Shown: one piece after another, positions 50,761-61,800 of the stretch
How positions within the stretch are numbered: position 1 is the stretch's first letter
Layout: the number at the start of each line of letters is the position of its first letter
The notes under the pieces: model-generated
What the model saw: only the letters and a program-made list of their open reading frames with translations
Told to the model about the DNA's origin: nothing
Database searches by the model: none
Translations under genes and position numbers: made by a program
Source: Tubulanus polymorphus
Taxonomy: Eukaryota > Animalia > Nemertea
Length of the DNA stretch: 64,000 nucleotides
Direction: 5' to 3'
Assembly: GCF_964204645.1 (NCBI RefSeq)
Contig: NC_134034.1
Span: 10,862,962-10,926,961, forward strand

Positions 50761-50856
50761 TGTTTTGCAGCAAGTCTACTAAGTGCTACATTAAGGAAAG
50801 ACTTGGTTTAAGGCGCAAGGCCATGCCCTGTTTTGTGATAGACTTTTCATATATCG

Positions 50857-50902
50857 GGACTCGAACCCATATTGTATGAGTAGAGGGCGCTTTAGGCGAA
50901 AA
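50857..50902. promoter_or_regulatory. B-box + CTCF-like composite element upstream of ZNF-C psi
   Basis: GGACTCGAACC (reverse complement GGTTCGAGTCC, B-box consensus) followed by GAGTAGAGGGCGCT. Confidence 0.55.
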
Positions 50903-51179
50903 ACTGATCTGAACTGAAAACTGTGCGCGCAGCCAATGTTTCGGGTATAAAATTCTATGTAATTAATTTTATTCATTAGTGTAAGTGAACACCTGGAAAT
51001 ATCTCCTCCCAGTCCCAAAAGACTCCACCACCAGTGTCTACCCTCGCGAGTCTCTGCCCCATCACTCACCACACTGACAGACACAGTCAGTCGTCCATCC
51101 ACACAGACTGTCAGTCACTCCCTGGCTCTGTGCAGTGGTGGCCTCTACTTGACCACCACATCTTCATAATTCTTCTGGA

Positions 51180-51730
51180 TTGCTTGTATACTTTTATCTG
51201 TGTGCTCGATGCGATCGAATATGCAGGACGAAAAGAAATTTGGAAGAACACACGTCTGCCGTACATTTGAAATTGAAGCCATACCAGTGCGCCATCTGTC
51301 AGCGCAAATTTGCGCGAAAGAGTAGTTTAGATATGCACACAATCGCAGTTCACACTATAGGTACGACGTATAACTGTGAAATGTGCGAGAAATCGTACAG
51401 AATAAAGAAAAGTCTGACTCGACACATATATCAGAAACACCCTAAAGGCGGCGCTGCTCTGAGATTTTGGTGTAAATTGTGTTTGAAAAGTTACACGTTA
51501 ATGAGTTCACTGAATCGCCATGTAAAAAATGTTCACCAGTTTGAAAATGATTCAGAGACTGGTGGGGAGAGTGAGGAGGGGTAGACAGATTCGGAGAGGA
51601 GGTGAGACGGAGGAGAAATTAGAATCGGAGTGAGACTTTGAAAAAAAGGAAAATGCAAATCCGACAAAAATGGCATTAACCAATATTGCATCCTTGGCAA
51701 CAGTTCACTTAATTTTCAAAGAAAATGCAA
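51180..51730 (+). pseudogene. Truncated zinc-finger pseudogene (ZNF-C psi): last ~4 fingers and decayed acidic tail
   Basis: No in-frame upstream ATG. Fingers match the 3' ends of ZNF-D/E/F (YNCEMCEKSYRIKKSL, HPKGGAA). Premature TAG at 51582; downstream relic reads ENANPTKM then, out of frame, LHPWQQFT*FSKK. Confidence 0.75.
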
Positions 51731-52269
51731 AAACTTGTTTTCTGTGAATGAAAATGTGCTTCAAAACTGGTTGAATTCATCCATAAACTGGAAATGAAAA
51801 AAAAATTTGTACATTATCTGAAATTTTATTTTGTACATGTATGTACAATTGAATAAAAACAAATAACTCAGTCTCAGAAGTAACTCATTTATTTGATTTA
51901 AAATCTCTTGAGGAACGAACATCATGACTGTGAACATTTACGACTGTGACGATAATATTTATATTTACAAAAAAAAACAATTTAAGGCAAAAAAAATGAT
52001 ACCTTGTTTCTCCGCTCTGCTGAGCTGTAAAGTTGTCCCGGCCGGTCGCCTATCTACCCTGTACAATACTTTTTTCGAAATTTACCATAACAGACCCTCC
52101 CGCTATAGAAAACTGCCCACAAATTTTATTATACTTTACAAAAATGACGAGTCATATCAAACTGCAGAGTGCGCACGGGGCCGTGCGCAAAATGACCCGG
52201 CCGTTGCGGAGAAACAAGGTATCAGTTTTGTTTGGCCTAAATGCGCGAAAATGACAGCGCGATAAATCC

Positions 52270-52313
52270 GGACTCGAACCCGTGTTCAGCGAGTAGATGG
52301 CGCTTTTTCGAAA
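52270..52313. promoter_or_regulatory. B-box + CTCF-like composite element upstream of ZNF-D
   Basis: GGACTCGAACC-CGTGTTCAGC-GAGTAGATGGCGCT. Confidence 0.55.
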
Positions 52314-53243
52314 GATGGTAAATCTGTCCATGACCTTCCGAAATCCGAAATGCACTAAAGTACAAATATACGAAAAGCAGTCAGTCTTTCGGGTAGATTT
52401 TCCTCATCCATTTTGCAGGTTTAGTTCCCTGCCCCTATCATACACGCTAGTACCAACTTATTAAAGATAAGGTAGCGCATTATCATCTTTTAAAAATAAT
52501 GTTTTCGTGTGGAAAACAAAAAGCTTGAATGCGTGTACGTCTTTTAGTCTTAGCAAAGTGGATATTCATTATTCAATTCAATTCTGTTTATTAGATTGCG
52601 ACTGTGAAAATATCCGATGAGTGAAACTAAACCACAGACAGGTTCCTAACTACGCGACCGCCTGATATTGACCCTTTAACGGCCAATTGTTTATAAATTT
52701 TTGTAAGAAGAGTCTCACGACATAGAAACTTTTACTTAACGTTTTTAGGCTAAAGTGAACCCCGGCCATGTCATCCCTGACTTAGCCTAACCTTTTATAA
52801 CCACCATCACTTATAAAAAGCTTGCCACCAACTATTGGGTGACTGAATTATCTCCAAGCTCCCACCACATTCAGGTTGGAATACAGTCGAGCTTTATGCC
52901 CCTTTTGGATCGGAGACACCCCTGAATCCACGTATTTGACATAAAAATGCCATCATTTGGCATGATTTAGCATAGAAAGTGCCCCCCTGAAAACCCAGGT
53001 TTGAAGTAAAGCGCCCTTTTATGCGGTTGTTTGACATAGAAAGTGCCCCTCCCCATAATAGTGAGTGCCCTTCTACAATTTGGAACCCCCTCGAGATAGG
53101 GCCCTGGATCCACCCCTGTTATTTAGTATATTCTATTCTTATTAGATAACCAGGTCTAGGCGTACTGCTGTGCTTTATTGATCAACTGTTCTTCTGGTTT
53201 TTAATAATGATTTTGTTAATTGCAGGTTACATCGATAAGCACA

Positions 53244-55826
53244 ATGAGTTTATGCGCGTTCAAATGTGATCAGTGTGACCAAATGTTCAGCGAGGAAAGT
53301 AATTTGCGGCGGCACAAATCTACGATACACAATATGTCATCTGACCACCAGGGGGTGCAGTCGTACCAGTGTGATATCTCAAGGCCACCCGAATTAACTG
53401 CACACGCGGATCCAAAACCTTTTAAATGTGAACCGTATGATAAAGCGTTTAGTGAGGACTCAGAACACCATGTAACGACAGTACAGAGCGGTGATCGGCG
53501 ATTTCAATGTGATTACTGCGACAAATCTTTTGGCTCAACTTCATCGTTAAAGCGGCACCGGTCTGCCATTCATCTGAAATTAAGGCCGTACCATTGCAAG
53601 GTCTGCAACAAGAACTTCGGTTTCAGAACTAGTTTAAATCGTCATGAATTGAGCAAACACTCGGGTCTGAAACCGTTTAAATGTGATCACTGCTACAAAG
53701 CGTTCCCCACTAAAGGAGAGTTAAAACAGCACATGTATTGCGTTCATTTGAAGCCGTTCCAGTGCGATATCTGTAAAAGGAATTTCGGCGTGAAACATAA
53801 CATGAAGCTGCACATAATGTCCGTACACAACGGCGAAGGACGGCCACGTCCGTTTAAATGTGATCACTGCGAGGAGACGAAATGGTTTGCATCGAAATCC
53901 GATTTGAAAAGACATCTGGAAAATGTACATTTTACCAATAAACGTCGGCGGAAGTCTCGCGATAATAGAGGTCTAGACGAGCACGAGTCAAACGTCCACC
54001 ACCAGGGGCCGACGCTGTATCAATGTGATATATGTCAACGGATATTCGGACGAAAGAGTCATTTAGACGAGCACGTTGTTTCGAATCACGCCGTAGGTGG
54101 CGCTTGTTATAGCTCTAGCGACGAGGAGTCTTCGTCGGAATCTTTTTGCGAAAAGTGTGAGAAAACGTGTTTGCAGCAACACTCGTCGACCATCCACCGG
54201 GAGGAGGAAACATGTTTGCAGCGAAACTCGTCGACCATCCACCGGGAGGAGGAAACTTGTTTGCCTCGTCACTCGTCGACCATCCATCGGGAGGAGGAAA
54301 CGTTGCAGAGCGAGGACGGTAAAAAGAACCCACTGCAGCAACACACGTCCGGTGTACACCCCGGTTTGGGTCCGTTCAAATGTGCCCACTGCGATAAATC
54401 TTTCAGTCTGAAAGAAACGTTGAACATACACATGTCCGCCGTGTATTTGAAATCGAGACCGTACCAATGCGCCATCTGTCTGAATCATTTCGCATTAGAA
54501 ACCGATTTGAAAAGACATATGAAAACCGTACATAAAGGCGTCCTACTGTACGAATGTGAGATCTGTCGACAGACGTTTAGGCATAAGATTCAATTGAACG
54601 GGCACATGTCGGTTGTCCATCACGGGTCGAAGCCGTACCAGTGCGAGAAATGTGATGCGAGTTTCGGTTACGCGGCTTCCCTACGACGCCACGTACACGA
54701 CATACACGACAACCTGAAACCGTTTAAATGCGACCGCTGCGATAAAGCGTTCTCGTGCAACGGAAACTTGAAGCAACACGTAATAATCGTGCACATCCGC
54801 GCGCGCGCGTTTCAATGCGAACACTGCGATAAATCGTTCAATACGAAAGCAGAGTTAAGGCTGCACAGGCGTCGTATTCACCTGAACATAAAACCGCACC
54901 AGTGCACCATCTGTCTTAAACGTTACACGGTGAAAGGAAATTTGAAAAGTCACATGGCAATCGTACACGGAGGCTCGCGACAACATAAATGCGATGCGTG
55001 TCGACTGACGTTCGCGAATAAGAGTCGTTTAGAAACGCACATGCACGTAGTTCACGGTACGGGTGAGACGTACGACTGCCAAATGTGTGAAAAATCGTAC
55101 AGAATCAAAAAGAGTCTGAATATACACATGTTTCTCAAACACCCCGAAGATGGCGCTCCTCGGAAATATCGGTGTAGATGTTGTATGAAAAGTTTCGCGT
55201 CAAAAGGTTCGATGATGCGGCATGTGAAATCGGCTCATGGGTTCGAAAAAAACGTAAAGAAGGAGGTGGAAACAGATTCGGAAACGGAGGAGGAAACAGA
55301 GGAGGTAGATTCTGAGACGAATGGAGAGGAGGTGATTGCGGACTGTGTGATTGAAGAGGAGACAAAGGAGATGATGACCGACGATGAGAAGGATGATGCA
55401 GATTCAAAGGTAGATTCTGAGATTGAGGAGGTGACAAAGGAGGTAGATTCTGAGATTGAGGAGGTGACAAAGGAGGTAGATTCTGAGATTGAGGAGGTGA
55501 CAAAGGAGGTAGATTCTGAGATTGAGGAAGTGACAAAGGAGGTAGATTCTGAGATTGAGGAGGAGGGAGAGGAGGAGACAGAGGCTGTCTCACACTATGA
55601 CGTCAACGAGGAAACAGAGGAGGTGAAGACAGATCTTGAGAAGGTCAACACGGATTCGGATGTTGAATCGGATTCTGATACCGAGGAAGTGACGGAATCA
55701 GAACGAGACTTTGAGAACGAGGAAAATGTGAATCCGATAAAGGAAATGAGAGACAACAAACCGATTCCATGGCAACACTACGCCATTTATTCTGGGAAAA
55801 TATGGCTTTTTATAGAACAGGAATGA
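53244..55826 (+). CDS. C2H2 zinc-finger protein (ZNF-D), ~16 intact fingers, acidic repeat tail, C-terminal PWQHY...KIWLF motif
   Basis: Single ORF after acceptor 53225; ATG 53244 (MSL, same context as ZNF-F); HX4H fingers; AATAAA after the stop. Confidence 0.87.
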   Translation: MSLCAFKCDQCDQMFSEESNLRRHKSTIHNMSSDHQGVQSYQCDISRPPELTAHADPKPFKCEPYDKAFSEDSEHHVTTVQSGDRRFQCDYCDKSFGSTSSLKRHRSAIHLKLRPYHCKVCNKNFGFRTSLNRHELSKHSGLKPFKCDHCYKAFPTKGELKQHMYCVHLKPFQCDICKRNFGVKHNMKLHIMSVHNGEGRPRPFKCDHCEETKWFASKSDLKRHLENVHFTNKRRRKSRDNRGLDEHESNVHHQGPTLYQCDICQRIFGRKSHLDEHVVSNHAVGGACYSSSDEESSSESFCEKCEKTCLQQHSSTIHREEETCLQRNSSTIHREEETCLPRHSSTIHREEETLQSEDGKKNPLQQHTSGVHPGLGPFKCAHCDKSFSLKETLNIHMSAVYLKSRPYQCAICLNHFALETDLKRHMKTVHKGVLLYECEICRQTFRHKIQLNGHMSVVHHGSKPYQCEKCDASFGYAASLRRHVHDIHDNLKPFKCDRCDKAFSCNGNLKQHVIIVHIRARAFQCEHCDKSFNTKAELRLHRRRIHLNIKPHQCTICLKRYTVKGNLKSHMAIVHGGSRQHKCDACRLTFANKSRLETHMHVVHGTGETYDCQMCEKSYRIKKSLNIHMFLKHPEDGAPRKYRCRCCMKSFASKGSMMRHVKSAHGFEKNVKKEVETDSETEEETEEVDSETNGEEVIADCVIEEETKEMMTDDEKDDADSKVDSEIEEVTKEVDSEIEEVTKEVDSEIEEVTKEVDSEIEEVTKEVDSEIEEEGEEETEAVSHYDVNEETEEVKTDLEKVNTDSDVESDSDTEEVTESERDFENEENVNPIKEMRDNKPIPWQHYAIYSGKIWLFIEQE
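55410..55562 (+). repeat. Coding 33-bp repeat (VDSEIEEVTKE x~5) in the ZNF-D tail
   Basis: GGTAGATTCTGAGATTGAGGAGGTGACAAAGGA units. Confidence 0.9.
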
Positions 55827-56268
55827 TAATAAACTTATTAAAGATTGCCACCAGGCAGCCGTTTATTAGATAAATGTGATGTTAAACGATAAATAGTGAT
55901 GATATTTGTACCTGTAGTTTGTTTATTATAAAGAATTATCCAGTTCAGGAATTTCATGAAATAAAACCTATTTACATAAAACTATTTGTGTTGATTAACG
56001 CGAGAATGATGATGCACTGTAGTGCCAGGATTCAGCAACTTTCAGGATAGTCACTAACCTGTCTGTGGCCTTAGTTTCACGATTGGGATATTTTCACAAA
56101 CCACATGATTGGTGTTATTAACTACTTTCAGGAGTGAACCTATACTGATGTGGGTTTTTGTGATCGGAATGAATTTTTATGCGGAGAATCTTTAAAATGA
56201 AAGTACATCATGACACTACCGCTAAAAACTGCGTAATTCAATTTATCTATTCAATACGCAATAAATCT

Positions 56269-56314
56269 GGACTCGAACCCATATTAATCGAGTAGACGGC
56301 GCTTTAATCGAAAA
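56269..56314. promoter_or_regulatory. B-box + CTCF-like composite element upstream of ZNF-E
   Basis: GGACTCGAACC-CATATTAATC-GAGTAGACGGCGCT-TTAATCGAAAA. Confidence 0.55.
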
Positions 56315-56881
56315 CAACCGCTGTGCATAAACATACAATACAAACGAAGAAACCGCATTTAACCTTTTTCATTCATCAAAAAACTGTGGTCTTCACCCAA
56401 TGGTCTACGTTGCTCTACGATCCTACACTAACGGAGGTTCTTGGTGAACAAGTGTTTGGGGTAAATTTCATGATGGAATGAATTTTTCTTTCTGTTCTGT
56501 GCTGTGCTGTGTCTGTCTGTCTGTTTCAACTTTTTCTTTAGAATTAGAGAAAGGTCGACGTCGTTGCTTATGCTTGGACATGTTGGATGAGGAACTTGTG
56601 CTAAAAAGTTAAATTTGATCGATCCCCTTGGCCTTCCTATTCACTCAAAATAGAACTAACTAAATGTCTTTAGGAGTCCAGGATCTAAATTAATTTAGGT
56701 AATTTTTTTGCCAGACACCAGTAAATGCAGAGGCTACTCGTCTACCTATCTTCCTCATTGTACCCTATCTTTAATGTGTTTCTGTTTATTTCAGGTCTAC
56801 GATAATCTGTGTCTGAACACTGGATAATTTTACCACTCCGATCAACTGTCCACCAGGGGGCGAAGCTGCACCATCAATGCT

Positions 56882-57991
56882 ATGCATCCGTTTAAATGCG
56901 AACACTGCGATAAATCATTCAGTACGAAGGGAACATTAAAAATACACGCGTCCGCCGTACATCTGAAATTAAAGCCGCACCAGTGCGCCATCTGTCAGAA
57001 GGATTTCGCTCTGAAATGTGAATTAAAAAGACATACGAAAATCGTACACGAAGGCGCCCGCCCGCATAAATGTGAAGTCTGTGCGAAGACGTTCGCGTTG
57101 AATAGTGGTTTAACGCGTCACGTATCGACCGTCCACCAGGGGGCGAAGCCGTACCAGTGTGAGATTTGTAAATTGAGTTTTGGTTTGAATGGTAATCTAC
57201 GACGACACATACTCGGCATGCACGCTGGGCTAAAAAAGTTTAAATGCAATCGGTGCGATCAAACTTTCACGAACAAAGCAGAGTTAAAACTGCACAAGTC
57301 GGACGTTCATATAAAATCGCAGACGCACCGATGCGCCATCTGTCGGAAACAATTCACGTTGAAAGCTTCTTTGAGAAATCATTTAAAAATCGTGCATAGG
57401 CCTCACAGCGCTCGGCGGTATAAATGTGGAATCTGTCAGCGGACGTTCAGATATAATAGTAGTCTGAAAACACACATGTGTGCTGTTCATACCGCTGGTG
57501 GTAGGTATAACTGTGAAATGTGTGACAAATCATACGGATTAAAAAAGAGTCTCGAACTACACGTGTTTAACAAACACCCTAAAGGGGGCGCTGCTCGGAG
57601 ATATCCGTGTAAATTTTGTTCGAAAACTTTCTCGCAACCGTGTTCGGTGAATCGGCACGTGAAAAACGATCATCGGTCTAGTAATTATTCCGAGACAAAG
57701 GAGGAAACTGAGGAGGTGAAGTCGGAGGAGGAGACGACGATGAAGACGGGTTCGAATACTGATGAGGCGATGACAGAATCTGAGACTGACGAGGAAACAG
57801 AGGAGGTGATGACCGGAACGGATTCCGAGTTGGAATCAGCTTCAGAAACTGAGGGCTCAGAATCGGAAGGCGACTTTGGGGACGAGGAAAATGTGGAGCC
57901 GACAAAAATGACATTCGACCAATTGCACCCTTGGCAGCAGTATACTGAATTTTCTAATAAAATATGGATTTTTACGAACCACAGAAAATAA
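56882..57991 (+). CDS. C2H2 zinc-finger protein (ZNF-E), 9 fingers, acidic tail, C-terminal HPWQQY...KIWIF motif
   Basis: ORF after acceptor 56794. An out-of-frame relic of the ancestral N-terminus (STVHQGAKLH) lies just upstream of the ATG. Confidence 0.83.
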   Translation: MHPFKCEHCDKSFSTKGTLKIHASAVHLKLKPHQCAICQKDFALKCELKRHTKIVHEGARPHKCEVCAKTFALNSGLTRHVSTVHQGAKPYQCEICKLSFGLNGNLRRHILGMHAGLKKFKCNRCDQTFTNKAELKLHKSDVHIKSQTHRCAICRKQFTLKASLRNHLKIVHRPHSARRYKCGICQRTFRYNSSLKTHMCAVHTAGGRYNCEMCDKSYGLKKSLELHVFNKHPKGGAARRYPCKFCSKTFSQPCSVNRHVKNDHRSSNYSETKEETEEVKSEEETTMKTGSNTDEAMTESETDEETEEVMTGTDSELESASETEGSESEGDFGDEENVEPTKMTFDQLHPWQQYTEFSNKIWIFTNHRK

Positions 57992-58256
57992 CATAGACTG
58001 TGTAAAAAGAATCAAGAATTGTGAATTCATCTTTTTGTATAATTGGCCAAATTGAAATTTTATTTTGTACGATTGAATAAAACTAAAAGCAATCTATTTT
58101 GAGTAAATCATTCAGAACTGGGTTAAGAATGTTGTTTTTTTTTTATTTGGTCGCAGGAGTGATTTTTCGTCGATATCGTCTTTGTGTGAAGTGTCGTGAA
58201 TAAAAATCTAGTGTTCCACGGTCCTCATCCCGATAATAAAGGAGCGCAATAAATCG

Positions 58257-58302
58257 GGAATCGAAACCATATTGATTGAGTAGAGGGCGCTTTAATCGAA
58301 AA
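58257..58302. promoter_or_regulatory. B-box + CTCF-like composite element upstream of ZNF-F
   Basis: GGAATCGAAAC-CATATTGATT-GAGTAGAGGGCGCT-TTAATCGAAAA (B-box has one mismatch). Confidence 0.5.
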
Positions 58303-58834
58303 GAACCGGGCTTACCCGAGCCAAACATCCCACCAGGCCGCAAATTCAGTCATCGGGCCTTTTTCAATCATCAGAATACGATATTCTCTGGTAAATTTCC
58401 TGTAATTAAATTTTTTCGATGTCTGTTTCAACTTGCAATAGACGTCGGGGGCTGTGTATGTAATGTGCGGCACACTTTAAAAAAGTTGAATTTTATTCAA
58501 TTCAATTAATTGCAAGCAATGATTGACTTTTTACTCTATCTAGTCTACTAGTTCTACACTAAAATGTGAATCTCACATGTTCTTGATGTATTATGTATTT
58601 CATATAAACATTTCATATAAACTTAGACTTGACTTTATAAATATAGTGTCACGAAAAATATTTCAAAAAACATCCGGGTTGAATGGTTAGTTATGTCGAG
58701 AGTAAATTGGATCTGGCTTGGGTGGAGTCTGCTGTAGTACCCGGGATATTGTGTAATAACCTCAAATACAAGCATGTGTCTTAAATACGTTCTGTTTATT
58801 GTAGGTCTATGGTTGAGCATTTTTGAACAGCGCC

Positions 58835-61800
58835 ATGAGTTTACCAAGTTCATCAACTGTCCACCAGGGGATGAAGCTGCACCAGTGCAAAATTTGTAGT
58901 AAGATATACCGTTCAAACCGTAACCTACGGCGACACTGGTCAAGTAAACATTCCAGTCCGTTGAAGTGTGAACTCTGCGAAAAAACATTCCTTATGGAAG
59001 AATCATTAATGAGTCACATATCTGCCGAACATCCGGAAGTGGATCTGTACCAGTGCACTTTCTGTCAAAAATATTTCACAACGGAATCAACTTTGAAAAA
59101 ACATGTCCAGAATGTACATAAAAGCTCCCATCCGCATAAGTGTGAAATCTGTCAACGGATGTTTGGACAAAAATGTAATTTAAAGAGGCACATGTTGACT
59201 ATCCACCAGGGGTTGAAACTGTACCCATGCAAAATTTGTGATAGGAGTTTCAGTACAAACTATAGCCTACAGCAGCACATGATCAATGAACATGACGATG
59301 CAAAACCGTTCAAATGTGATCACTGCGATAAGATATTCAGTACGGAAAAATCGTTATCGAATCACGCATCTGTAGGACATCCAGAATTGAATCTGCACCA
59401 GTGCGCCATCTGTCAGAAATATTTCACAACAAGTACGGTTTTGAAAAGACATATCCAGAATGTACACGAAAACTCTCGTCCATATAAATGCGAGATCTGT
59501 CTACAAACGTTTAAACAAAGTGGTAGTTTAAAGCAACACGTTATGGCCATCCACCAGGGGGCAAAGCCGCACCAGTGCAAGATTTGTAAAAAGAATTTCA
59601 GCATGAAGTGTTCCCTACAACAACACATGCGCGGAGTACACGACAGCGTGAGACCGTTTAAATGTGATCAGTGCGTTAAAGCATTCGGTCGAAACTGGGT
59701 CTTGCGGCAACACGTACTTCTAATGCACAGCGCCTTGCGTCCGTTTAAATGTAAACACTGCGATAAAACTTACAGTCTGAGCAAACATTTAAAGCGGCAC
59801 ATGTCTGCTGCACATTCGCACATGATCAGTGTACACAACAATCTGGGACCGTTCAAATGTGAACACTGTGATAAGTCATTCAATACGAAAGAATCGTTAT
59901 CAAGTCATAAGTCTGCCGAACATCCAGGATTGAATCCGCAGCACCAGTGCGCCATCTGTCAGAAATATTTCGCACTAAGATCGGTTTTGGAAGAACATAT
60001 CCAGTATGGACATATAGGCTGCCATTCACTTAAATGCGAAATCTGTCAACAAATGTTTCGGCGAAAGGCTAATTTAAAGCGTCACATGTTGGCCGTCCAC
60101 CAGGGGGCGAAGCCGTTTCCGTGCATGATTTGTAAAAATACAAGTTTCAGTTTGAACAGTAACCTACAGCGTCACATGATCAGTGTTCACGCGGATGTGA
60201 AACCGTTCAAATGTGAACACTGCGATAAGATATTCAGTACAGAAAAATCGTTATCAAGTCATATGTCTGCCGAACATCCGGGACTGAATCTGCACCAGTG
60301 CGACATCTGTCCGAAAGATTTTGCGTCAAGCTCGGTTTTGAAAAGACATAGGCGGAATGTACATAAATGCGTTGGCCCGTATAAATGTGAAATCTGTCCA
60401 CAGATGTTTGGACATCACAGTAATTTAAAGATGCACGTGTTGGTCGTCCACCAGGGGGCGAAGGCGTTTCCATGCAAGATTTGTAATGATACAAGTTTCA
60501 GTACAAACTGCAACCTACAGCGTCACATGATCAGTGTACACGCGGATGTGAAACCGTTCAAATGTAATCACTGTGATAAGATATTCAGTTCGGAAGAATC
60601 ATTATCAAGTCACGTGTCTGCTGAACATCAGGGATTGAACCCGCACCAGTGCACCATCTGTCAGAAATATTTCGCACAAAGTTCGGTTTTGAAAAGACAT
60701 ATACAGAATGTACATAAGGAGTCCCATCCACATGAATGCGAAATCTGTCAACAAAAGTTTGGACAAAAGAGTAATTTAAAGCGTCACATGTTGGTCGTCC
60801 ACCAGGGGGCGAAGCAGTTTCCATGCAAGATTTGTAATAATACAAGTTTCAGTTTGAAATCTACACTACAGCGTCACATGAGCAGTGTACACGCGCATGT
60901 GCAACCGTTCAAATGTGAAATCTGTCCACAGATGTTTGGACATAAAAGTAATTTAAGGAGGCACGTGTTGGCCGTCCACCAGGGGGCGAAGGCGTTTCCA
61001 TGCAAGATTTGTAATAATACAAGTTTCAGTACAAACTGTAACCTACAGCGTCACATGATCAGTGTACACGCGGATGTGCAACCGTTCAAATGTGAACACT
61101 GCGATAAGATATTCAGTTCGGAAGAATCATTATCGAGTCACGTGTCTGCTGAACATCCAGGATTGAATCTGCACCAGTGTGCCATCTGCCAGAAAGATTT
61201 CAAATTGGAATCACTTTTGAAAAGACATATCCAGAATGTACATGAAGACTCCCATCCACATAAATGTAACATCTGTCACCAGACATTTGGACAAAACAGT
61301 AATTTAGAGAGTCACATATCAACCGTCCACCAGGGGGCGAAGCTGCACCAGTGCAAGATTTGTAAAGTGCATTTCCGTTCGAACTCTAACCTATGGCGTC
61401 ACATGCGCAGTGTACACGACAAACTGAGACCTTTCAAATGTGATCAATGCGATAAAACATTCAGTCGGGGCTTTACCTTAAAACAACACGGAAAGACCGT
61501 ACACGGCGGTGTGCGCACGTTTAAATGCGATCACTGCGATAAAACTTTCCCTCGAAACAGTTGTTTAATGCGGCACAAGTCTAACGTGCATCTGAATTTG
61601 AAACATGAGTGCGCTATCTGTCAGAAATCTTTCACAATGAGAACTTTGTTGGAAGTTCATTTGAAAATTGTACATAAAGGCGCTCGACTTCAGAAATGTG
61701 ATATATGTTGGCAAACGTTTGCAAATAAGAGTAGTTTAGAAAAGCATTTGCTCGTTATTCATGCAACGGCTGACATGTATTACTGCAAAATGTGTGAAAA

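Noticed and set aside
40528-58835. Idea that ZNF-B to F are alternative last exons of ZNF-A (variable-exon system)
   Set aside because: In the required phase 0, the acceptors at 45326, 56794 and 58804 run into stops within a few codons. Only ZNF-D (53226) is open, and each unit has its own promoter-like cassette.
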